This document shows, one piece after another, positions 28,527 through 36,672 of a DNA stretch of 57,016 nucleotides (within the stretch, counting starts at the first letter, position 1; each line of letters opens with the position of its first letter). Below the pieces are notes generated by a model. That model made no database searches. It saw only the letters and a list, made by a program, of their open reading frames with translations, and was not told where the DNA came from. Made by a program: the position numbers and the translations under genes. Origin of the DNA: a virus (taxonomy: Duplodnaviria > Caudoviricetes). The stretch is from positions 1 to 57,016 of IMG/VR virus record IMGVR_UViG_3300033076_000232; one strand, 5' to 3'.

Positions 28527-28744
28527 AATTGGAGACACAACACTCAAGCGCTATCAACAAGACAATCAGGCCAAAGGGTATGGACATAACCAAGATTCCA
28601 GCCGACACCAGAAAGTTTGTCGAGGCCGAGGCGCTTTCAATTTTTACAACCATGACTAACGCTGGCGCGTCATTGCAACAAACACTGTTGGCAGTTTACT
28701 TGTCTGGCATGAGCGCCGCACACGGCATTAAGGGGGAAGCATGA
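28523..28744 (+). CDS. Hypothetical protein
   Basis: AAGGAG RBS; ATGA overlaps. Confidence 0.65.
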   Translation: MKLETQHSSAINKTIRPKGMDITKIPADTRKFVEAEALSIFTTMTNAGASLQQTLLAVYLSGMSAAHGIKGEA

Positions 28745-29157
28745 CTAAAGACGAAGCATTGAAGCTGGCGCTGGAGGCTTTGGAAGATTTGGGAATGAAG
28801 CATTTTGAGAGCACTGGTGAAGTGCTTCACAAAGAGACATTCACCGCCATCAAAGAAGCCTTGGCACAGCCAGAGCAGGAGCCTGTGGCGTGGGTAAGTT
28901 CGGAAGAGTTGCTGGTGATGCGTGGCAATGCACTTGGCGGCGCAAAAGATTGGCGCATAAATGTCGGGCTTGTAAAACAAGATGGCGATGTCGGTCTGTA
29001 CACAATCCCACCACAGCGCACATGGGTTGGGCTGACGGATGAGGAGATTTGGGGGACCATTAGTCGCGTTGGAACATCAAGCTCGGATGTAAACCCTTAC
29101 GCAAAACTCGCAGATGCCAGAGCCATTGAAGCCAAACTTAAGGAGAAGAACACATGA
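28741..29157 (+). CDS. Mosaic accessory protein, paralogue of 27888-28526
   Basis: Same MTKDEAL / ALAQPEQEPVA / PPQR..GLTDEEI / ARAIE modules. Confidence 0.7.
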   Translation: MTKDEALKLALEALEDLGMKHFESTGEVLHKETFTAIKEALAQPEQEPVAWVSSEELLVMRGNALGGAKDWRINVGLVKQDGDVGLYTIPPQRTWVGLTDEEIWGTISRVGTSSSDVNPYAKLADARAIEAKLKEKNT

Positions 29158-29348
29158 CAAAAATCAAAGTTGTTTTTGCCCCCGGCAGTCTTGATACGTT
29201 CGAAGGCACGCAGGAAGAGTTGGATGAACTGGTTGCGCAGATCAAAAACATGTTGGCTGACGGCATTCCGGCTGACGCAATCCCTGTGACGCTCGAGGAA
29301 GAAGAAGAGATGCAGCGACTATTTGATAAGCAGGAGAAGCTTCAGTGA
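29154..29348 (+). CDS. Acidic hypothetical protein
   Basis: FAPG..D.FEGTQEELDELV motif; AAGGAG RBS. Confidence 0.7.
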   Translation: MTKIKVVFAPGSLDTFEGTQEELDELVAQIKNMLADGIPADAIPVTLEEEEEMQRLFDKQEKLQ

Positions 29349-29845
29349 GAAAACGTAGCAAGTACAAGCCTAAAGGCGTAAGGCCTGATGCTGTGAACTG
29401 GGTTTTGTCTGGCTTAAAGCCATTCAAGGCCTCGCCGCATGAGCTGAACTTGCGCATTAAAAACCATGATGCCCTCAACACTGTCAGGCTTGGCACTGCA
29501 ACCCGCACTGATCTCGATGCCCTCATCGCAGCTATGAACATGGCCGAGGCGCTTATCCGAATAGGTGTAGGCACTGACTGGTCTGTTGAGATTCGCGCTG
29601 CGCAAGACGCGCTGTATCACCTTGCAAAACGCGGCGTAGCAAACAGTGAAAGGTTTATCATTACCGGCCCCGAGCTCAAAGCACTTAACCTTGGAATGGA
29701 AATCCATGACGCGCAGTTGGATGCCTGCACAATCCAAATGCTAGAACAAGCTATTGACATTGTCACGGCTGATATTAAAAACAGAAAAGCACGACCAATT
29801 ACGGAGTTACAACATGGAAATAATAGACATCCACAAACTGCTTAG
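29345..29845 (+). CDS. Hypothetical protein (MRKRSKYKPK family)
   Basis: GTG start after AGGAG; 166 aa. Confidence 0.7.
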   Translation: MRKRSKYKPKGVRPDAVNWVLSGLKPFKASPHELNLRIKNHDALNTVRLGTATRTDLDALIAAMNMAEALIRIGVGTDWSVEIRAAQDALYHLAKRGVANSERFIITGPELKALNLGMEIHDAQLDACTIQMLEQAIDIVTADIKNRKARPITELQHGNNRHPQTA

Positions 29846-30056
29846 ATATGACATTGAAAGAAACTGCTTCGTTATGAGAGAACTGACACCTACAAAAGCG
29901 CTTAACCCTTGGGAAGAATTGGCGCAGGTAAAACGCCCAAGCATCTTTTTGAAAGACCCCAAGTTTAGAGCTACAAAGACTGGCCCGCAACTTATTACAA
30001 CCATTGCAAACCCGAAGCCCTTCTTCCCCTATAACGAAACCCTGAAAGATAAATGA
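29814..30056 (+). CDS. Hypothetical protein
   Basis: ATG at 29814 after GGAG. Confidence 0.55.
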   Translation: MEIIDIHKLLRYDIERNCFVMRELTPTKALNPWEELAQVKRPSIFLKDPKFRATKTGPQLITTIANPKPFFPYNETLKDK

Positions 30057-30691
30057 TGGCGTACTCAAATTCCTCGATCAAAACTTATGAGCAATGCCCA
30101 TACAAATACAAACTGACTCGCATTGAGCATCGGCATGAGCCTGCAGGTGACGCCGCAGAACGTGGCAAGATGATCCACGCCGAGTTTGAAAATGCTTTGA
30201 TCAGCATGAACCTGATTCCTGATGAGCGTAAATTCTGGTTTCCTTACATTGAAAAGCTGATTGCCTTGAAAACCAAAAGCGAGGTCGAGTTTGCCATCAC
30301 CAAGGATTGGCAGCCGTGTGACTTCAAGGCCCCCGAGGCTTGGGTAAGGGGTATCTATGACGCTGTGTATTTCGATGGCGCTCGGGCCCATGTCCTTGAT
30401 TGGAAGACAGGCAAAGAGCGTGACTACGGTGACCAGTTAAAGTTGTATGCAACCATCATCTTGGCCAGCCACCCTGAGGTGGAAACCGTAACCACCGAGA
30501 TTTGCTACATTGACTTAGACAAGCAAACGCCTTACCCGGAGTTTACAAAGGCTGACTTTCCAGCTTTGCAAGAATGGCTATCAGATCGTGTTGGCAAGCT
30601 TGAAAAGGATGACATCTTTGCGCCTAAGCCATCCTACGGCTGCCGTTGGTGCCACTTCCGCAAAGCCAATGGGGGTCCCTGCCAATGGTAA
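30053..30691 (+). CDS. Cas4-like PD-(D/E)XK exonuclease with Fe-S cysteines
   Basis: CPYKY, G..IH, D..., DWKTGK, QL..Y, CRWC.F...C. Confidence 0.85.
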   Translation: MMAYSNSSIKTYEQCPYKYKLTRIEHRHEPAGDAAERGKMIHAEFENALISMNLIPDERKFWFPYIEKLIALKTKSEVEFAITKDWQPCDFKAPEAWVRGIYDAVYFDGARAHVLDWKTGKERDYGDQLKLYATIILASHPEVETVTTEICYIDLDKQTPYPEFTKADFPALQEWLSDRVGKLEKDDIFAPKPSYGCRWCHFRKANGGPCQW

Positions 30692-30972
30692 CCAAGGTGC
30701 TGCTTGAAAAGCATTTGGAGACGTACTTCTCCGCCGCATGCAAAAAGCGTGGCCTGCTTACGTTAAAGCTGAATGTGCGCTATGCCCGTGGCTGGCCCGA
30801 TCGTATTGTGCCATTGAAAGGCGGCGGCGTGTTGTGGGTAGAACTAAAGCGGCCGGGAGGTAAAACCTCACCGCTGCAGGACAAAGTGCATAGGGATCTG
30901 GAAAAGATCGGGCACCACGTCCACATTATTGACTCTAAGGAAGGTATTGACAATGTTTTGGGAACCGCATGA
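30685..30972 (+). CDS. VRR-NUC domain nuclease
   Basis: EK.LE, GWPDR, WVELKRPGG, LQ...H motifs. Confidence 0.85.
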   Translation: MVTKVLLEKHLETYFSAACKKRGLLTLKLNVRYARGWPDRIVPLKGGGVLWVELKRPGGKTSPLQDKVHRDLEKIGHHVHIIDSKEGIDNVLGTA

Positions 30973-32350
30973 ATACCAAAAAGAAGCTGTAAAGTTTCTG
31001 GTTGAAAAAGGCTCAGCTGCGTTGTGGTTGGACCCTGGGCTTGGCAAGACGGCTATTGTTTTGTCGGCCTACCGGACTTTACGGCTCAAAGGCTTGGCCA
31101 AGAAAATGTTGGTCATTGCACCGCTCCGGCCTGTGCATGGCGTTTGGCCACCCGAGGCCAAGAAGTGGGAACAGTTTGCCGATTACTCGGTCGGCGTTTT
31201 GCATGGCGGCAACAAAGGCAAAGTGCTAAAGCAAAACCACGACATTTATGTCATTAACTTTGAAGGCCTTGGCTGGCTGTCTTCGCAACTCAATGGCAAA
31301 GATTGGCCCTTCCAGATCCTGACGGTGGATGAGATATCTTATATGAAAAACACGCAAACCCAGCGGTTTAAGACAATAAAACCTTTGCTTGATAAGTTTG
31401 ACCGCCGCTGGGGCTTAACCGGCTCTCCAGCCCCTAACAGTTTGCTTGACATTTTTGGGCCTCAGCTGATTCTGGACCAAGGTGCTACCTTTGGACCTTA
31501 CATCTCACGATTCAGAACTGAGTACTTCTACCCTTCCGGCTACGGCGGGTATGAGTGGAAGCTGCAATCCGATGGGGAGGCTAGGATCCACGCTGCCTTG
31601 GATGGAAAAGTACTTCGTATGGCAGCGCTAGACCATCTAGATTTGCCCGAGTTAACTTATAACGACATTATGGTAGATCTACCACCTAATGCCAGAAAAT
31701 TGTACGACGCCTTTGAAAACGACCTGACCGTGGAATTGAACAGTGGCAATGTAACAGCTGTCAACGCCGCCGTGGCCGTGATGAAAGGCCAACAAATTGC
31801 CAATGGTGGCTCATACTTGGATGATGACGGGAGTGGTAATGCTAGAATCACAACGCACCTTCATGATGCGAAGACTGAAGCGGTTCTTGATCTGGTCGAG
31901 GAGCTATCGGGCCAACCTTGCATCATTGGCTATCATTTCGCGCATGACCTCGAGAGGCTTAAAGCCGCCTTTCCTAATGCGCCTATCATTGGCAGTGGCG
32001 TTATTGGTCATAAACTCGATTCTATTATTGATGATTGGAACGCCGGTAAGACACCAATTCTTTTGGCTCACCCAATGTCGGCGGGTCACGGCCTTAACTT
32101 ACAAGGTACTGGTCATGCTGTCATCTGGTACTCGCTGACTTGGAGCCTTGAGGTCTATGAGCAGTTTATTCGCAGACTCTGGAGACAGGGTCAAAAGAAT
32201 CATATCGTAGTCCACCACATTATGGCCAAGGACACTGTGGATGAAGCCATTATGATGGCCATCCGCCGGAAAGATAAAACGCAGCAAACTTTATTGAATG
32301 CTGTGCGTGATTACATTAAACGTGATACAATCGAGACTGTTGATTATTGA
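30953..32350 (+). CDS. SNF2-family helicase
   Basis: DPGLGKT, VDE, GLTGSP, AGHGLNLQ, Q...RL.RQGQ. Confidence 0.9.
   Translation: MFWEPHEYQKEAVKFLVEKGSAALWLDPGLGKTAIVLSAYRTLRLKGLAKKMLVIAPLRPVHGVWPPEAKKWEQFADYSVGVLHGGNKGKVLKQNHDIYVINFEGLGWLSSQLNGKDWPFQILTVDEISYMKNTQTQRFKTIKPLLDKFDRRWGLTGSPAPNSLLDIFGPQLILDQGATFGPYISRFRTEYFYPSGYGGYEWKLQSDGEARIHAALDGKVLRMAALDHLDLPELTYNDIMVDLPPNARKLYDAFENDLTVELNSGNVTAVNAAVAVMKGQQIANGGSYLDDDGSGNARITTHLHDAKTEAVLDLVEELSGQPCIIGYHFAHDLERLKAAFPNAPIIGSGVIGHKLDSIIDDWNAGKTPILLAHPMSAGHGLNLQGTGHAVIWYSLTWSLEVYEQFIRRLWRQGQKNHIVVHHIMAKDTVDEAIMMAIRRKDKTQQTLLNAVRDYIKRDTIETVDY
32320..32331 (+). promoter_or_regulatory. Extended -10 promoter candidate ahead of the modification cluster
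   Basis: ACGTGATACAAT (TGn-TACAAT), matching ACGTGATATAAT at 35374; TTGAAAGG RBS downstream. Confidence 0.45.
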
Positions 32351-32363
32351 AAGGAATACACGA

Positions 32364-32636
32364 ATGCAACATACCCCTATTGTCGAAAGACCTAACCCTA
32401 TCCAACAGGAAGATACTGACATGTCAGAAGCTAAAACACGTGCTCGCGCAAACAAAAAAGCCATCATTACTCTTGTGACCGCCCCTAACCCAAAGCGTAA
32501 CGGCACTTTGGCACGTGAGCGTTATGAGTTGTACCGTGTTGGCATGACCGTTGCTGAGTACATTGCAGCTGGTGGCCGTTCAGGTGACGTGAACCATGAC
32601 ATTGCCGAGGGCTACATTGCCGTAGCATTGCCATGA
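32364..32636 (+). CDS. Small conserved phage protein (NPKR...GMTV.EY motif), possibly DNA-binding
   Basis: NPKRNGTLARERYELYRVGMTVAEY...D..EGYI; alternative start at 32421. Confidence 0.65.
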   Translation: MQHTPIVERPNPIQQEDTDMSEAKTRARANKKAIITLVTAPNPKRNGTLARERYELYRVGMTVAEYIAAGGRSGDVNHDIAEGYIAVALP

Positions 32637-33544
32637 ATATCTTAATTTCCGGCGTCACGGAGACGCATACCAACCATCCACAACGTGCCAGCTCTACCAA
32701 GTTTGTCTCAATCCCAGAGTTGATGGCAAATGCTTTTGGCAGGCTTGGCCACCATGTTGATCATCGTGCTGTCACGCCCGGTGAGGACCTCTCCCGATAC
32801 GATAAAGTCTTTGTGTACCTATACCCCTTGGACCACAATGCTTTAGATCCCGAAGGCGCTCTATGGGCTTTGGAAAGCCGCTTTGATGCATACATTTGCC
32901 TTGATGACTGGGCCTTCCAAAAGATCCTACCATCGTGGGAAAACAAGATTGCGCCTGAATCACTGTGTGAGCATACATGGATTGCTCCATTATTTCCATG
33001 GGGTGATACCAAGGCTATGGGCCTGCCCGTAGAAAATATCATTGCATGGGATCCAAGCCCGCTGTATGAGATGCCTGCCGTGCATCAAATGTCGTGGGAT
33101 CGCCGCAAAACAGAATGGTACAACGCCTCACTTTCAAAGGATGCACATGACTGGGCTACAGCTCAAAACCTCACATGGCCAATTCACAGCGTCGGTGGTA
33201 AGTCGCTCGGCCAGCCTAGAATCTTGGAGTCCGACGTCGTCTGGCAATATGGTTCGTATAAGGGTGTCCTTTGTCCTACGTATCGACACGCAGGCTCTGG
33301 TTGGTGGCGTGTCCGATACTTGCACGCTGCTCATGCAGGATGCGTTCTTGGTGGAGACCCCAAAGAGCTCGGAGTCATTGACCCATCATACGCTTACACA
33401 CTCCGTGAATTAGAAAACATGGATGATGAACAGCTGCAGCTAACGGCGGCGCAGCAAGCAACTTACTTGCGTGTTGCAACGCTTGAAGACACACTATCAA
33501 AACTTGAGGGTATCTTAAATGATCGTAATTCTAGAAGGGGCTGA
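32633..33544 (+). CDS. Putative GT-B fold glycosyltransferase (DNA/nucleotide modifying)
   Basis: N-terminal MNILISG...L...GHHV Rossmann start, DDW motif, C-terminal GVLCP.Y..GSGWWR.RY..A..AG donor-binding-like segment; context with kinase and TS homologue. Confidence 0.6.
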   Translation: MNILISGVTETHTNHPQRASSTKFVSIPELMANAFGRLGHHVDHRAVTPGEDLSRYDKVFVYLYPLDHNALDPEGALWALESRFDAYICLDDWAFQKILPSWENKIAPESLCEHTWIAPLFPWGDTKAMGLPVENIIAWDPSPLYEMPAVHQMSWDRRKTEWYNASLSKDAHDWATAQNLTWPIHSVGGKSLGQPRILESDVVWQYGSYKGVLCPTYRHAGSGWWRVRYLHAAHAGCVLGGDPKELGVIDPSYAYTLRELENMDDEQLQLTAAQQATYLRVATLEDTLSKLEGILNDRNSRRG

Positions 33545-34466
33545 TGGCGGGGGTAAGACTACCCTTGCTGAGACCTTGCGACAACGATTGCAAAAAGAAA
33601 AGATGACCCACGTGGTAAAGCACGGTCCTTACAAAGGTATGAATACCGAGGACCTTTGCCGTACCTATTTTCGTGGTATTACGCAGGCCTTGACCTATGA
33701 TGATCATGTCATTATGGATAGGTCATGGCTGTCCGAGCCAATCTATGGCAACGTCTATCGTAATGGTGAAAACCGAATCGATATGCCGCGCCGTAGAATG
33801 TTGGAACGTGCAGCTTTGGCTCGTGGCGTTGTGGTCATTCATTGCCAACCGGACTTTGAGGTTTGCATGCAGACATTCAAAAGCCGTATTGCCGATGAGT
33901 ACTTGGACAATATCAAGCAGTTGGAGCAAGTGTATGAAGGCTACTCAACATTGCCAATGGATACCTCTCTGCCGGTCATCACCTATGACTACACCAAAGA
34001 TGATATTGAAGAGCTATTCATCAAACTTGCAACCAAGTCAATTACAAACAAATCATCCGGTGGCGGTGCCTTTGCCGAAGGCAATACACTGATGCTTTGC
34101 GACAAGGGCCCTCGTACAAATGTCAGGTCAACCGCAGCCGTGGTGCCTTTCATTAACTTCTTGGACAATGATGGCCCTAGCCGTATGTTGGCTGAAACCT
34201 TGGAACGTGAGAATGTGCCTGAAACCAGCCTGTACTGGGTCAACACACAAACTTACCAAGGCACACCAATGGACGCCGGTTTTATCAAGCAATTAAAGCC
34301 TTCACGCATCTACGCACTTGGCAACAACGCGTATGCTTGGGCCTTGAACAACGCCGTGCCTGTGATTAAACTGCCCCCGCCTTTGTATCACATGCAGCAT
34401 TACCCCGATCAACCTTACCTTATTACGGAGTTAGACCATGGAAATTACGATTCGCAACGAGCCTGA
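33519..34466 (+). CDS. dNMP (thymidylate-type) kinase fused to a C-terminal UDG-fold-like domain
   Basis: ILEGADGGGKTT P-loop and MDRSWLSE..YG; C-terminal YWVN...KPSRIYALGNNA...LPPP pattern. Confidence 0.75.
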   Translation: MIVILEGADGGGKTTLAETLRQRLQKEKMTHVVKHGPYKGMNTEDLCRTYFRGITQALTYDDHVIMDRSWLSEPIYGNVYRNGENRIDMPRRRMLERAALARGVVVIHCQPDFEVCMQTFKSRIADEYLDNIKQLEQVYEGYSTLPMDTSLPVITYDYTKDDIEELFIKLATKSITNKSSGGGAFAEGNTLMLCDKGPRTNVRSTAAVVPFINFLDNDGPSRMLAETLERENVPETSLYWVNTQTYQGTPMDAGFIKQLKPSRIYALGNNAYAWALNNAVPVIKLPPPLYHMQHYPDQPYLITELDHGNYDSQRA

Positions 34467-35220
34467 GCTAATCAGCCTCTATAAAGTATTACACCAAATG
34501 GGCAGGTGGACAAGCCCACGCGGTGAAAAGTGCCTTGAGATTGAAAACTTTACTTACACTGTCAATCCGTTTGTAAGGTTCAACTCTTTCAAAGGCCGCA
34601 ACTTCAATGTGAAGTACCTTAAGCGCGAAATGGCTTGGTACATCAAAGCTGATCCACGTGATCTTAGCATTGCCGAGCACGCAGCTCAGTGGGGCAAGAT
34701 CGTTGCCAATGGCAAGTTAAATAGCAACTACGGCAGCTACTGGTTTGGCCCACATGGCGCCCTGCATATTGCAAAGCTGCTAACGCAGGATCCAATGTCC
34801 CGCCGAGCTGTGATTCCTATGTACGGCACTGACACTGACCATATGGATATTGAGGCAAAAGATGTTCCATGCACTCTGGCCATGGAATTCCGTATCCGCG
34901 ATGGTCGATTAAGTGTACGTGCTATCATGCGCAGCCAAGATATTCTTTGGGGCATGGCAAATGACTTGCCAACTTTCAGCTTCCTGCAGGAAATCGTGGC
35001 CAACTTGGTCGGCGCTGAGATGGGAACCTTAACAGTGTCGGTTGGATCTTTCCACGTGTATGAGTCACGCCTTCACATGTTCAACGAGATCATCAACACC
35101 AACTTGCATATTCCAGTGGAAGACGCACCGCCCCGCATTAACCGCTATGAAGCCCACATTTTGGCAGGCAAATCCATCAATCCTACTTTCGAGTTTGCAA
35201 AATGGCTATTGAACGTGTAA
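34438..35220 (+). CDS. Thymidylate-synthase-family enzyme, dCMP hydroxymethylase-like
   Basis: REMAWY, NSNYG, SRRAVI, DVPCT (catalytic Cys), MRSQDILWGMAND (Asp at the base-specificity position, as in T4 gp42), GSFHVY. Confidence 0.85.
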   Translation: MEITIRNEPELISLYKVLHQMGRWTSPRGEKCLEIENFTYTVNPFVRFNSFKGRNFNVKYLKREMAWYIKADPRDLSIAEHAAQWGKIVANGKLNSNYGSYWFGPHGALHIAKLLTQDPMSRRAVIPMYGTDTDHMDIEAKDVPCTLAMEFRIRDGRLSVRAIMRSQDILWGMANDLPTFSFLQEIVANLVGAEMGTLTVSVGSFHVYESRLHMFNEIINTNLHIPVEDAPPRINRYEAHILAGKSINPTFEFAKWLLNV

Positions 35221-35384
35221 ACTTATCATTCGCAGTTCAAAAAGAACTTAGAACTTTTGTATTCGAACTCATTCGAGATGGCTATCATATGGAGGATATA
35301 CTGACAGCATTGGCTGCTCTAAAAGTGGAAATGGCTTCGGCCATGGTTTGGCAAGATGTAATAAACCCAAAAGACGTGATATAA
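35202..35384 (+). CDS. Hypothetical protein (60 aa)
   Basis: Overlaps the end of the TS-like gene and fills the gap. Confidence 0.55.
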   Translation: MAIERVNLSFAVQKELRTFVFELIRDGYHMEDILTALAALKVEMASAMVWQDVINPKDVI

Positions 35385-35407
35385 TTCACGTTATGGGTTA
35401 TCCCATA
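35374..35407 (+). promoter_or_regulatory. Extended -10 promoter plus hairpin
   Basis: TGA-TATAAT-TCAC at 35377-35389, then a TATGGG/CCCATA hairpin. Confidence 0.55.
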
Positions 35408-35438
35408 CTTTGTAAATTGACTATTGAAAGGAATTGAA

Positions 35439-36146
35439 ATGAAAGCAAAAATACGCTGGACTGAACGCGAACGCGACTTGGTTATTATGACAGCCGTGGA
35501 GTATTACAACTCAGGCACTTACACGCCAATTGCAGCTTTGCGGCAAGCACAAATTGTGTTGTCGCCTGAACGCCGTCGTAGTATGCAAAGCCACTCTGCA
35601 GTGCCTGACTTGCTTAAAGAGCTTAAGGTACGCGCCATGCAGGATGTGCCAAGACGCAAGGATGTAGAAACTACCAAACCTGTGGAAATAATGCCTCCAG
35701 TGCCACAAGAAGTGGTAAAAACCGATGCACCAGTTGATCTCGTTGATCAGTTGGTGAATAGTATTACACAACGATTCATTTTGGGGCTTCGTGAAAGCCT
35801 GCAATCTGCTGTTAGAGAGCTTGAGCATGAGTTCAAAGTGGAAAAGCATAACCCAACCTATGCAGCCGCAGGCACCAAGTTGCCAAAGGTTATCATCATC
35901 GGTTTGCTAGGTGATCAGGTCCATGCTATCACCCGCGAGTTCTCTGACCGCTACGACGTAAAATGCATTGACACAGATCGTGCCATGGGTATGAACCCAC
36001 CAGATGCTGATGCCTATCTTCTTATGAAGAACTTCATCAACCATCCGCTGTACCATAAGTACCAAGCCTTCCCCAATCACGTTTTGATTGATGGTGGCAT
36101 GTCAACACTTCGCATGTGGCTTAACACTAAAGGAAAAGACCTATGA
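35439..36146 (+). CDS. Hypothetical protein (N-terminal WT..E helix motif, C-terminal DUF2325-like alpha/beta domain)
   Basis: ATG after TTGAAAGG; RWTERE; KVIIIGL...KNFINH...GGMSTL. Confidence 0.65.
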   Translation: MKAKIRWTERERDLVIMTAVEYYNSGTYTPIAALRQAQIVLSPERRRSMQSHSAVPDLLKELKVRAMQDVPRRKDVETTKPVEIMPPVPQEVVKTDAPVDLVDQLVNSITQRFILGLRESLQSAVRELEHEFKVEKHNPTYAAAGTKLPKVIIIGLLGDQVHAITREFSDRYDVKCIDTDRAMGMNPPDADAYLLMKNFINHPLYHKYQAFPNHVLIDGGMSTLRMWLNTKGKDL

Positions 36147-36349
36147 CCGACTTTGTTTATACCCCAGCATCTACGTCAGTTACCGAAAGATGGCGTCGCG
36201 TTTACAATTGGGTTCCACCATCCGAGGATCCTGCCTACATCAAGAAGTGGGCAGACTTTAGGGCCATGTCGGCTCGTGGTGTGGAGTCATTGGACCAGCC
36301 GGTCGAGGTGCCCCAGTTTATCTCAATGAAGAAGTGGAAACAGCAATGA
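36143..36349 (+). CDS. Hypothetical protein
   Basis: W...WVPPSE motif; AAGGA RBS; ATGA overlap. Confidence 0.65.
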   Translation: MTDFVYTPASTSVTERWRRVYNWVPPSEDPAYIKKWADFRAMSARGVESLDQPVEVPQFISMKKWKQQ

Positions 36350-36672
36350 AGCAACCCATAGACATGGTCGAACTATCCTACAAAGATTGGGTCGATCTGC
36401 TTACCAGAACTAACCACTTGGAGTTGCTAAGCAATCCATATGATGTGTGGATTGAGGCTTTCCATGTGGGTAGTACTTTGGAGCGTAGAAACTGTGCGCA
36501 TCAAATACGCACTAGTCTCAAGCTGGTAACCCCCGAGGATTTTGATGATGACACCACCATGTCAGTCACCGACATTAAGCAAATGCAAATTGGTTTGCTT
36601 AAGAAAGTCTTGGAGATCCTAGAGCCTACCGCGCAGACCCAGGAGTCACCGATGGTGGGGGCAAAGCCATAG
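36346..36672 (+). CDS. Hypothetical protein, last gene of the + strand arm
   Basis: ATGA overlap; its 3' end overlaps the convergent gene. Confidence 0.6.
   Translation: MKQPIDMVELSYKDWVDLLTRTNHLELLSNPYDVWIEAFHVGSTLERRNCAHQIRTSLKLVTPEDFDDDTTMSVTDIKQMQIGLLKKVLEILEPTAQTQESPMVGAKP

Noticed and set aside
30053-30691. CRISPR-associated cas4
   Set aside because: Stand-alone Cas4-like nucleases are common in phage replication modules; no other cas genes or array are present
34438-35220. Ordinary thymidylate synthase (thyA)
   Set aside because: Asp rather than Asn at the specificity position, gp42-like NSNYG/PCT motifs, and GT/kinase context; no DHFR is seen
21898-36672. 2-aminoadenine (Z) genome pathway suggested by the polymerase resemblance and MazG-like gene
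   Set aside because: No adenylosuccinate-synthetase-like PurZ or HD-domain DatZ ORF is visible
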